DNA from: a virus
Taxonomy: Duplodnaviria > Caudoviricetes
Direction: 5' to 3' (one strand)
Virus record (IMG/VR): IMGVR_UViG_3300020044_010179
Location: 1 to 64,000 of that record
DNA length: 64,000 nt
Shown in pieces: positions 51,201 to 59,989 of the stretch (position 1 is the first letter of the stretch; each line of letters opens with the position of its first letter). Position numbers and translations under genes: made by a program. The notes beneath the pieces were generated by a model. It ran no database searches. It saw only the letters and a list, made by a program, of their open reading frames with translations, and was not told the origin of the DNA.

Positions 51201-54200
51201 ATTAAATTTTTTGACAATTCATTATTTAAAATGATAAAAGATTTTGTACCTGCTCGTACAAGTCTTGCTTCTGGAATTGTAATTAAACAACATATTTTAG
51301 AAAGAAATAAATATCCTCAACCACAAGTTGATACTAATTCTACTATAGCATATTATACTAGTGGATCTACAAAAAATAAACCACTTACATTTCAAGATAT
51401 ATCCGTTTCTGGTACATTATTACCACAATGGAACGACTATAATGCGGGTACAGTAGAAAACTTTGATGGAGGTACTGCAGGAGTATTTGAAATGTTTAAT
51501 GGGACCGCTTTTGCTCCATCCGGCTCTAATATATTTAATTTAACACAAAGTTGGAGTGAATTAATCCAAAATGCTTCTGGATCTGTAAATGTAATTCATA
51601 ATTCACAAGATGAATTTTACAATGGTGAATTTGATGGCTCAGTTTTAACAGTTACTACTCAAAGTTTACATGCACCCTTTCCAATTGAGAATATAGATTT
51701 TAGCTATACTCCCGTAATATATGCACCTAATTTATACAGTGGAAATACATTTATAAATCCTGTACTCCTTAATGATTACGATAGTGAAAATTACCAATTG
51801 ACCCAAGATCAATTTTTAAATAATCTTACAGTACCTGCTCAAGGAGAAATTTTACTTTTAGATAATTTTAGAATAAAAAGTCCTCCATACACACCATCAC
51901 CATTTGCTTATGTAAAAATTCATAAAATAGATAATAATAATACTAACAATAATATTGCTCTAGGACAAGCTACTAAATTATTTATTCAATTTACTCTATC
52001 GAATAATTATAAATTAATAGGAGATATTGTAGGAGTAACAGAATACCCAACATACTATTTATATAAAGTTCAAAAATTAGATTTTATTTATTTTAATGAA
52101 GCTAATAATTATATTAAAAATTATAAGGTTTCTGCTTCTTTTACTTCTTCTATTTTTCAATTTGCTACAGGTTCTGAAAACATAACAACTCTTTTTCCTT
52201 ACCAACCTTCTCCTGCAAATACTAACATATTCACCCAATTTAATACTTCCTCAGGCACCTATACCTCTCCAGGAACCCCTAATGTACGTCTTAGTATTAC
52301 TGCTTCTATTACAACAAGTGGATCAGCTTTAAGTATTTGGACTCTTCAAACAAACGGAGTTTCTTTACTAGATGGAAATTCCCCAGGAAGTTCTCAAATT
52401 ATACAACCAGCAGGTTCAAATGTAACAAGAACTCTTTCCGGATCATTTTTTGCTTTAGATGGTGACAATATCCAGTTAGTAGGTTATAGAGATTATACTG
52501 GATTCTCTCAAATAGTAAAATCAGGCAGCTTTTTAGTTACACAAAGTTCAAATTGGTCAATAAGTACTAGTCCAACATCATCAGTATCGTGTTCCCTTAT
52601 AATTGAACCTTATATTACCGACCCCAATTTTTATAACAGCAATAATAATGCTCTTTTAAATAGCGTTAATGATCAAAGAGAAAATTCTTTTGCTCTAGAT
52701 GTAGATTATGGATATGGAATAACTCCAATTAACTTTGGTTTATTAATTTCCGGAACAGCAGCCCCATCTACTGTACCTGATTCAAATTATACCTCTAAAA
52801 AATCTACTCTTTTAAAATATGATGGTTCAAAATCAACCTCACAACTTTTAAATCAATGGACCCAAGAAGATACAGGAACATATGGTAAATTACCTACAGT
52901 AGAAAGTCTAAAAACATATATAGCATATTGTGATGGGATTAATGGATGGCCACCAGAGCATGAAAATGCATCAGCAATGAATGTTTTGTATTTAATTAAA
53001 GCTGATGGTACTGTAGTTATTCCAAATACTTCAAAAGATTCACTATCAATAATGCAACAAACATTTCAAACTGGTGAAAGAGTATTTATTAGTACAAAAA
53101 ATGGATCTACATCCCCACTTGATCCTTATAGAACTGTTATTAGAGGAGGATCCCACATTGAACCTATTTTATATACTCAATATGGTCAACTTCCTGGTGT
53201 AAATTTTAATACTACTATGAGTTTTGAAGATATAGCTCTTGCCCCTGGTGGAGCTACAGCAAATTACGCTGCTTTATATAAACCCTCATCATCTTTAGGT
53301 ATCACACCAAATACCGAAACAATAGTCCCACTTAATATTGTATTATATGGAGCGGCAATTGGAACATTAAATTCATATGATGTTACTTCTGCATGTGTGC
53401 AAGATGGTGTTGATTTAACTTTTATTCTAACACCTAAAGTTGTATTGTCATATGGTTCTGGAAGTCTTGGTGGAACAGGAACGGCACCTAGCAATATAAA
53501 TATTATATTTAATTTATATAAAAATTCAATAACTTCAAATAACACATTATCAACAAATACGTTTGGACCATATACTTTTCAAAATGGACAATATGCTCAA
53601 GGTACATATGTTGCTAACCCAACCGAACTTACTTTTCCTCCCCTAACCTACACTCTCTTATCAGCTAATCTAAATACTAGTGATAAAATTTTTGCAACTG
53701 TAAAAATTACTCATAACGTGTCAAGTACTCAGTATATTAATTTTTTTCATTCTTTAAGTAATTCTCCCTTACAAGTTTCCCAATACCCAATATTTACAGC
53801 ACCCGTAACATCTTCAGGATATAATAAAATTTGGGGATATGGAAATAAAACTACTTATCCATATATAATTACCTCTTCTAATACTACTTTAGTTCAATTA
53901 TATGGAAATCCTAATGTTAGAGCAAAATCTATTACAGGATCGGGTTTTAATACAATCCAATCCCCTTGGAAAATAAATTATGGAGATGAATTTAAATTTG
54001 AAGGTAGAGAAGATTGGTCATATATGGTAAAAAATATATATGCTCCTGCAGAAAGTGGATCTGGAAGAATATTTCAAACAGGATCTATTGAAGTTCATTT
54101 TAATGCAAACTTACCAGTTTCAGCATCTTCTAGTGTATTTAATTTAGATCATTTTTTAATCCGTAGGTATGTTGATGATGCTGCACAAAATATTATAACA

Positions 54201-54323
54201 GGATTTAGACCTCCTAGTTCGCAAGGTCCTTATCTTATAAAACCTGAATTTGTAGTTCCTGAATTAAATAAATCAATAGATGAAATTATATTAGATCTTA
54301 CGCAAAAAGGTTTGATTACATAA
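48231..54323 (+). CDS. 2030-aa baseplate/tail protein (gp7/P2 gpI-like core plus a long Ser/Thr-rich region)
   Basis: YHNLPYLLQTKGTLPGLRALITSYG resembles the wedge KGT motif; it lies in the baseplate block. Confidence 0.55.
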   Translation: MAAEITQIDTQDFTSQTYGGSDTSLLSQFEINTSLTSSSYIEYFIYDNNQNLLSTDYSFSEYTVLNNGQSAGTDNSLSQIEIDPEKSLINSGYDQGEYITYFNILNKQIGSELQQLYITEISSDRTEIRLDSTSLTEIDIVEQTNIFIQERENSPYFLDFYLNFGDNNLFISNNISLDNQDPTNPTVLIKLYEPLSDEFDINSTLWVVTVVEEPVAYKVTFEDIPIVFTDTTSIGGPNFNLDLKDQVNNSSLELSYADLVLTSLTSSANQLNSLLEEKEIDINVDYSDFSNFIHFSSVQSRIENFYYKVGLIESYSSSIAILNNTTNNNPSASKAIYESKINNIITNFDGYDYYLYYSSESLAYPKTNSTLPYTLYSSTSPTVLTWLGSADENNAYYGGILLSASIYDNLNQNNLFYTIPEYLREDPANDPYQLFIEMVGQHYDNIWIYYKDVTQKYNADNRLENGISKDIVADAIRDFGIKLYQNNFSNEDLYTAFLGLTPGGGLFPFPNITGSLPTPSGYEYINTKISASNDYLPLDDVNKSLYKRIYHNLPYLLQTKGTLPGLRALITSYGIPDTILRINEYGGKDKTNTNDWDYWQNEFNYAHKQNGFETLNIPWVLNSRWGSTSNVPETVMFRFKTNNLLTSSPPPLQSPLISSTLDKFRINLTYTGSAYTSGSYSGSIIDPYYQYARLDFIPNEYPYPDSSASIFLPFFNNDWWSVMVTKTGTGLSTNFQLYAGNKIYGGGENGTSIGFFASSSIIGEDTLWISPLDVFFQLSGSFQEIRYYNKPISESVFKDYVMNPSSIEGNSLNSGADQLAFRLPLGGELYTGSNSIHPKVTGSWITTSSFASNNTASFSSTPTFVKNTEYFYYDQPIAGIKNAIADKIRVENNVIPGGDVLSPFMSLSQQANISQSYTANTNLLEVAFSPQDEVNDDINSSLGYFNIGEYIGDPRLRSSSAESYPSLDALRDSYFQKYTKNYNLVDFVRLIKFFDNSLFKMIKDFVPARTSLASGIVIKQHILERNKYPQPQVDTNSTIAYYTSGSTKNKPLTFQDISVSGTLLPQWNDYNAGTVENFDGGTAGVFEMFNGTAFAPSGSNIFNLTQSWSELIQNASGSVNVIHNSQDEFYNGEFDGSVLTVTTQSLHAPFPIENIDFSYTPVIYAPNLYSGNTFINPVLLNDYDSENYQLTQDQFLNNLTVPAQGEILLLDNFRIKSPPYTPSPFAYVKIHKIDNNNTNNNIALGQATKLFIQFTLSNNYKLIGDIVGVTEYPTYYLYKVQKLDFIYFNEANNYIKNYKVSASFTSSIFQFATGSENITTLFPYQPSPANTNIFTQFNTSSGTYTSPGTPNVRLSITASITTSGSALSIWTLQTNGVSLLDGNSPGSSQIIQPAGSNVTRTLSGSFFALDGDNIQLVGYRDYTGFSQIVKSGSFLVTQSSNWSISTSPTSSVSCSLIIEPYITDPNFYNSNNNALLNSVNDQRENSFALDVDYGYGITPINFGLLISGTAAPSTVPDSNYTSKKSTLLKYDGSKSTSQLLNQWTQEDTGTYGKLPTVESLKTYIAYCDGINGWPPEHENASAMNVLYLIKADGTVVIPNTSKDSLSIMQQTFQTGERVFISTKNGSTSPLDPYRTVIRGGSHIEPILYTQYGQLPGVNFNTTMSFEDIALAPGGATANYAALYKPSSSLGITPNTETIVPLNIVLYGAAIGTLNSYDVTSACVQDGVDLTFILTPKVVLSYGSGSLGGTGTAPSNINIIFNLYKNSITSNNTLSTNTFGPYTFQNGQYAQGTYVANPTELTFPPLTYTLLSANLNTSDKIFATVKITHNVSSTQYINFFHSLSNSPLQVSQYPIFTAPVTSSGYNKIWGYGNKTTYPYIITSSNTTLVQLYGNPNVRAKSITGSGFNTIQSPWKINYGDEFKFEGREDWSYMVKNIYAPAESGSGRIFQTGSIEVHFNANLPVSASSSVFNLDHFLIRRYVDDAAQNIITGFRPPSSQGPYLIKPEFVVPELNKSIDEIILDLTQKGLIT

Positions 54324-54359
54324 TATTTATTAGTATAATAGAATATATAACACAACAAT

Positions 54360-55025
54360 ATGGGATATTTAAATAATAGCGTCGTTACAGTAGATGCAAT
54401 TTTAACAACAAAAGGAAGAGAACTTTTAGCAAAAAATGATGGCTCTTTTCGAATTACACAATTTGCTTTTGCAGATGATGAAATAGATTATACTTTATAT
54501 AACCCAACACATCCCTCTGGATCTGCATTTTATGGAGAAGCTATTCAAAATATGCCTTTACTTGAGGCTTTTCCTCAAGAAACCCAAATTATGAAATATA
54601 AATTAGCTACTTTACCTCGTGGAACAGCTAAATTACCAGTTTTAAATTTAGGATATTCAGCTATTACTTTAGTTCAAGGTGCTTCTTTAGCTATTACCCC
54701 ACAAACTTTAAATTATTTAGGCAATGCTCAAGCATATGAAACTAGTGGATATTCGGCTACAATTTCTGATGTTAGATTAATGAGTACATTTACGGGGATT
54801 GGAATTAATACAACAGCTGCACAAACATCAAATGCACCTATTACAACAACTTTAGGAACTAATGTTTCTCAAACTGTAATTGGTTCTCAAATTAATTTAA
54901 GAGCAACAACAGTAAATACTTTATTTGGTTCTAACACTCAACTTTCCGCTACATTAACTGTTGTAGGTTTAGATAGTGGAGCTCGTTTAACCATCCCTAT
55001 TTTAATTAATAAAACAATAGTTTAA
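54360..55025 (+). CDS. Structural protein, tail-collar (DUF3751-like) fold
   Basis: ILTTKGRELLAK...ITQFAFADD. Confidence 0.5.
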   Translation: MGYLNNSVVTVDAILTTKGRELLAKNDGSFRITQFAFADDEIDYTLYNPTHPSGSAFYGEAIQNMPLLEAFPQETQIMKYKLATLPRGTAKLPVLNLGYSAITLVQGASLAITPQTLNYLGNAQAYETSGYSATISDVRLMSTFTGIGINTTAAQTSNAPITTTLGTNVSQTVIGSQINLRATTVNTLFGSNTQLSATLTVVGLDSGARLTIPILINKTIV

Positions 55026-55035
55026 ATTATAAAAT

Positions 55036-56049
55036 ATGTCATTTAAAAGATTAGACCCTGAAGATTTTTTAGTTAGTTCAGATTCAATTGTTAATACTCT
55101 GTGGTCAACAGATACACCAACTTTAACTACTTTTTTTACTTCCTCTATTCAGGCTGGATCTTCTACAGGTAATTATTACTATAGTGTTTATCAAACTGGA
55201 TCTACACTTTCAAATGCTGCTGTGCAATTTGATATAGCATATGCTGATTCAAAAGGAAGTGGAAGTGTATTATATAATAATGCTGTTCCTGGAGTATCTC
55301 CTACAAAAACTATATATGGTCAATATCGTTCTATGATTTTAGAGGATGAAAATTCATCTTTTACTTTTGGAAAAGGAACTAATATTTATACAACTACTAA
55401 TTTTTGGGTAATAAATTTTGAAAGAGCAAGATATAAACAATCTTTATTCCCTGGATCTTTAAATTTAAAACTTTCTGGATCTAATGGAATCATAAATCTT
55501 ACAGATGACTCAGTAGATAATCCTGTATCCCAATTCTTAGGTTCAACTAGAGTATATCAATTAATTTCTGGCTCTAATGGAACAGCAGGAACTTTAGCAA
55601 ATAGTGGATATGTAGCCGGATCTGGTTCATATGGTTTAGTATTCCCTGATTTAGGGACCATATTAATTAACCCAACAGCTGTATCTCAATCAATTAGAGT
55701 ATCCCCAAGTAGATCAAATAATTCAGATGGTTTAAATAACCAAAAATTATTTTCAGCTATTGATTTAGGTGATTCATTTACAATCAACTCCCAAGAAACA
55801 CTTACTTCAGACTATGTTTTTGTTAGAGCACGTAATAGTGAATTTAACTACTCTGAAAACCCATCATTTATTTCTGGTTCAACAGGTGAGATAATTTATG
55901 ATGATTTTATTAATGCTCCCCAAGTTTATCTTACTACTATTGGAATGTATAACGATAGTAATGAATTAGTAGCGGTAGCTAAAATGTCAAGACCATTATT
56001 AAAAGATTTTACAAAAGAAGCTTTAGTTAGAGTAAAATTAGATTTTTAG
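55036..56049 (+). CDS. Structural protein with collar-like C-terminus
   Basis: VYLTTIGMYNDSNELVAVAK. Confidence 0.55.
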   Translation: MSFKRLDPEDFLVSSDSIVNTLWSTDTPTLTTFFTSSIQAGSSTGNYYYSVYQTGSTLSNAAVQFDIAYADSKGSGSVLYNNAVPGVSPTKTIYGQYRSMILEDENSSFTFGKGTNIYTTTNFWVINFERARYKQSLFPGSLNLKLSGSNGIINLTDDSVDNPVSQFLGSTRVYQLISGSNGTAGTLANSGYVAGSGSYGLVFPDLGTILINPTAVSQSIRVSPSRSNNSDGLNNQKLFSAIDLGDSFTINSQETLTSDYVFVRARNSEFNYSENPSFISGSTGEIIYDDFINAPQVYLTTIGMYNDSNELVAVAKMSRPLLKDFTKEALVRVKLDF

Positions 56050-56054
56050 AATGA

Positions 56055-56996
56055 ATGAGCATATTCAAACCATTTATAACTTCTGATGTTATTGTTTCTC
56101 CTTTTAAGGTAAATAAATCATTTACTTTTACAGGAAACGAGCTTACCGGCTCAAATGTACAAATCGATAGATTTCTTGGAAAAAATATTACAGCATCTTT
56201 ATGGGTATCTGGTTCAAACAATACTGGGTATATTACAACCCAATCAAGTCAATTAGTATATCGTTCTATTAAAGAACTTTATTACTCTAATTATATTGGA
56301 GGAGATAATGGAGCCCCGGCAGCAACGGCTTCCTTTAATAATGATGGAACAATAACAGGTCTTGCTTATACTCCAAATTACTATAACTATTTATCAAATA
56401 CTTTAACTGCTAGCAGGTATTTTCCTACAGGATCGAATGAAATAGTTACTGTAATATCTATCCCTTCAAATTTATTTGGTGAATACCTAAACCCAGGAAC
56501 CATTTCACTTACCTCAGCTAGTTTAAATCTATATGATGATGGATTAGGTAATTTAATCTCGGCATCAAAAAAAGTAGGAGATGTTATTTATGAACATGGA
56601 ATAATTACTATAACTAATAGCGGTACAACACCATATAGTTCAATTTTACCTAATAATTTTTATAGTGGTTCATTAACTTGCTCATTTGAAAGTACAGTCA
56701 CTATATATGAAACCCAATATAAATGCACTATTAGAGAAAATGAATTTAATTTTTCAAATAACCCATCATTAACTTCAGGATCAACAGCTATAAGCAATGA
56801 TAGTGGCAGTTCATTCCCTCAACCAGGAAGTGGAAAATTAAATGATAACGTAACAGGTTCATATTTTTCTCCATATATTACAACTGTTGGATTATACAAC
56901 AACAATAAAGAATTAATAGCGGTAGCAAAACTTGCTCAACCATTACCTGTATCCTCTGTTACAGACACCTCAATATTAATAAACTTTGATTTTTAA
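56055..56996 (+). CDS. Structural protein, paralogous to 55036-56049 at the C-terminus
   Basis: PYITTVGLYNNNKELIAVAK. Confidence 0.55.
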   Translation: MSIFKPFITSDVIVSPFKVNKSFTFTGNELTGSNVQIDRFLGKNITASLWVSGSNNTGYITTQSSQLVYRSIKELYYSNYIGGDNGAPAATASFNNDGTITGLAYTPNYYNYLSNTLTASRYFPTGSNEIVTVISIPSNLFGEYLNPGTISLTSASLNLYDDGLGNLISASKKVGDVIYEHGIITITNSGTTPYSSILPNNFYSGSLTCSFESTVTIYETQYKCTIRENEFNFSNNPSLTSGSTAISNDSGSSFPQPGSGKLNDNVTGSYFSPYITTVGLYNNNKELIAVAKLAQPLPVSSVTDTSILINFDF

Positions 56997-57001
56997 AATT
57001 T

Positions 57002-57460
57002 ATGTCAAAATGGTTTTACAACGATAAATGGATAGAATCCATTGAAGATTTTCCCCAAGGAACCTATGGTTTTATTTATATTTCTGTTCATATACCAACC
57101 GGTAAATCTTATTTAGGTAAAAAATCTTTATACCACAATGTAAAGAAAAAACTAGGTAAAAAAGAATTAGCTGAACAACCTGTAACTAGAGGAAGAACAT
57201 CTACTACAAAACAAATTATAAAAGAATCTGACTGGAAAACATACTATGGATCAGCAAAACCTATACTTGAACTTATAAAATTAGGAAAACAAAAAGATTT
57301 TGATCGTAAAATTTTATGTATTGTTCCAAACAAAAAACTATTGACATATTATGAATGCAAATATTTGTTTCAATTAGGTGTTTTAGAAAATCCAAACGAT
57401 TGGATAAATGATAATATTTTAGGAAAGTTTTTTCGAAAAGACTTTGTTCCCCAAGATTAA
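57002..57460 (+). CDS. GIY-YIG (Seg-like) nuclease-domain protein
   Basis: YGFIY...TGKSYLGKK, YYGS and YYE...N. Confidence 0.7.
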   Translation: MSKWFYNDKWIESIEDFPQGTYGFIYISVHIPTGKSYLGKKSLYHNVKKKLGKKELAEQPVTRGRTSTTKQIIKESDWKTYYGSAKPILELIKLGKQKDFDRKILCIVPNKKLLTYYECKYLFQLGVLENPNDWINDNILGKFFRKDFVPQD

Positions 57461-57462
57461 TA

Positions 57463-58407
57463 TTGTATCTTACATTTATGGTAAATGAATTACTAGTTAA
57501 TTTAGTTAATTCTGTTCTAGGAGCAGGCAAACGTACTGCAAGAGGAAATCAATCTTATACTTGTCCTTTTTGTCATCACCACAAACCCAAACTTGAAGTT
57601 AATTTTACTGAAAATAAAGATGGTATAAATCAATGGGCTTGTTGGACGTGTAGTAAAAAAGGAAAATCAATAAAAAGTCTTTTTAATCAAATTAAAGTTG
57701 ATGCTAATCACTTTCATGAATTAAGTAAATTAGTTAAAAATGTATCTTTACACAATATAGGTGAATCAACCTTTACCACATTAGAATTACCAAAAGAATT
57801 TAAAACATTTACAAATAATAAGGATATTGTAGCAAGACATGCTTGGTCTTATCTTAAAAAAAGAAACATAACCCAACAGGATATCTTAAAGTACAACATT
57901 GGCTACTGCAATTCAGGCCAATATAATAATATGATAGTTATACCGTCATATGATAGCACCGGTAAATTAAATTATTTTACCGCTAGATCATTTGAGCCAA
58001 ATCCTTACACCAAGTACCGCAACCCGGAAACGTCTCGCGATATTATACCGTTAGAATTGTTTATTAATTGGGATTTACCTATTATATTATGTGAAGGACC
58101 ATTTGATGCTATGGCAATAAAACGAAATGCGGTTCCATTATTTGGAAAAAATATTCAACCTAGTTTAATGAAAAAATTAGTTGAATCAAAAGTACAAAAA
58201 ATATATATTGCTTTAGATAACGATGCTATAAAGCAAGCACTTAGATTTTGTGAACAACTATTAGATGTTGGAAAGGAAGTTTATTTAGTAGAATTACAAG
58301 GGAAAGACCCTAGTGAATTAGGTTTTGAAAATTTTACAAAACTAATACAAACAGTGTCTCCATTAACACAATATAAACTTATGGAGAAGAAACTATCAAC
58401 TATATGA
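57463..58407 (+). CDS. DNA primase (Zn finger plus TOPRIM)
   Basis: CPFCHHH...CWTC, LCEGPFDA and ALDNDA. Confidence 0.85.
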   Translation: MYLTFMVNELLVNLVNSVLGAGKRTARGNQSYTCPFCHHHKPKLEVNFTENKDGINQWACWTCSKKGKSIKSLFNQIKVDANHFHELSKLVKNVSLHNIGESTFTTLELPKEFKTFTNNKDIVARHAWSYLKKRNITQQDILKYNIGYCNSGQYNNMIVIPSYDSTGKLNYFTARSFEPNPYTKYRNPETSRDIIPLELFINWDLPIILCEGPFDAMAIKRNAVPLFGKNIQPSLMKKLVESKVQKIYIALDNDAIKQALRFCEQLLDVGKEVYLVELQGKDPSELGFENFTKLIQTVSPLTQYKLMEKKLSTI

Positions 58408-59177
58408 CAAAAAGAAACATTAAAAGATCTTACAATAGAATTTTAGAAATTTCAGAAGATGCAAAACAAATAACATTACCCGATTCAAGATATTATCGTA
58501 GAAATGGTAAATATTACCCTTCTATTACATATGTTTTAAGTTATTATCCAAAAGGTAAATTTTTTGAAAATTGGCTTAAACAAGTAGGATTTGCTTCAGA
58601 ACACATTGTTAAAAAAGCAGGTGAAGAAGGTACTCAAGTGCATGAAATGATTGAAGAGTACTTAAACGGAAAAGAACTTAACTTTTTGTCCCCAAGTGGA
58701 ACTCCATTATTTAATCCAGATGTATGGCAAATGTTTTTACGTTTTGTAGATTTTTGGGAGGAATATAAACCAACATTAATTGAAGCTGAAGTACATTTAT
58801 TTTCAGATGAAATAAAAGTAGCAGGTACTTGTGACATGGTTTGCGAAATTAATGGTGAAATTTGGATTATTGACTTTAAAACATCAAATCACTTACAAAC
58901 AACATATGATTTACAAACGGCAATTTATGGTAAATGCTATGAAGAATGTTTTGGTAAAAAAGCAGATCGTTATGGGATTTTATGGTTAAAATCAAGCAAA
59001 CGTAAAAGTGCTAAAGATAAAATGCAAGGTAAAGGATGGGAAATGTATGAATCATCTCGTACACAAGAGGAAAATATTGATATTTTCTTAACAGTTAAAA
59101 AATTATTTGATTTAGAAAACCCAACCCACTCACCAATATTTACTGAATTTAAAACTAGTGTTAAGCGAGAGTTGTAA
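58404..59177 (+). CDS. PD-(D/E)XK exonuclease
   Basis: YPSITYVL, GTQVHE, AGTCD, IIDFKTS and QTAIY. Confidence 0.85.
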   Translation: MTKRNIKRSYNRILEISEDAKQITLPDSRYYRRNGKYYPSITYVLSYYPKGKFFENWLKQVGFASEHIVKKAGEEGTQVHEMIEEYLNGKELNFLSPSGTPLFNPDVWQMFLRFVDFWEEYKPTLIEAEVHLFSDEIKVAGTCDMVCEINGEIWIIDFKTSNHLQTTYDLQTAIYGKCYEECFGKKADRYGILWLKSSKRKSAKDKMQGKGWEMYESSRTQEENIDIFLTVKKLFDLENPTHSPIFTEFKTSVKREL

Positions 59178-59188
59178 TATGTATAATT

Positions 59189-59989
59189 ATGATAAGTCTT
59201 ATTCAGTTATTGAAGGAAGTGCAAGATAGTCCTAAAGCTATTATATTAGCAGGAGCACCAGGATCTGGAAAAGGAACTATTCTAAGAGATTTAAACTTAA
59301 GTAAATTTAAAATTCTTAACATTGATAATACTATAGCAGCTTTATCAAAACAAGATCAATTTACACTAGACCAAAAAACAGCAGATTCCGAAGATAGAAG
59401 TAAATTTATGTCAGCAATGCAAACTGCTGCAAAACAATTAAAAACCCAAGATTTACCTCAAACTATATTAAATAAAGAATCATTTATTTTAGATGGTACT
59501 GCTTCATCTCCAAACCAAACATTAAAATTAAAATCCCAACTTGAAGAAGCGGGATATGAAGTGATGATGTTATATGTTTATACTGATTTAGAAACATCCT
59601 TAAAACGCAATGAAGAACGATTCGAAAAATCAGGTGGAGAAGATAGAAGTTTACTTCCTGGTGCGGTGTTAGGAACATGGCTTATGGTAGCTAAAAATTT
59701 TCCTTTATATCAACAATTATTTGGTAATAATTTTGTATCTGTATCCAATACAGGTAATGAAGAAACATTAAAAGATATTGAACAAATTATCCAAAAGTAT
59801 GTTACTCCATTTGATCCAAAAGATCCAAAACAAAAAACTGAAAAAGAACAAGAAAAATCTAATAAATTAAAAGAAAAATTAAATATAGAAATTCAAAATT
59901 TCCTTGATTCTAATCTAGCTCAAAATATTATAAACTCCTCTGTTTCTAAAGAAGAAGCTCAATCTAAAATAAATGAATTCATTAGTTAA
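59189..59989 (+). CDS. P-loop kinase (zeta-toxin/AAA_33-like)
   Basis: GAPGSGKG, FILDGT and SLKRNEER. Confidence 0.75.
   Translation: MISLIQLLKEVQDSPKAIILAGAPGSGKGTILRDLNLSKFKILNIDNTIAALSKQDQFTLDQKTADSEDRSKFMSAMQTAAKQLKTQDLPQTILNKESFILDGTASSPNQTLKLKSQLEEAGYEVMMLYVYTDLETSLKRNEERFEKSGGEDRSLLPGAVLGTWLMVAKNFPLYQQLFGNNFVSVSNTGNEETLKDIEQIIQKYVTPFDPKDPKQKTEKEQEKSNKLKEKLNIEIQNFLDSNLAQNIINSSVSKEEAQSKINEFIS

Noticed and set aside
48231-54323. Diversity-generating retroelement target
   Set aside because: No reverse transcriptase and no TR/VR pair seen in the window
57002-57460. Mobile homing endonuclease or intron
   Set aside because: It is free-standing, has no C-terminal DNA-binding extension and interrupts no gene; mobility cannot be supported from the sequence
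6428-59678. Minus-strand and nested alternative-frame ORFs in the track (e.g. 6428, 6909, 16848, 24039, 25377, 43434, 45563, 53264)
   Set aside because: They lie inside or antisense to well-supported + strand genes and have no motifs or cassette promoters
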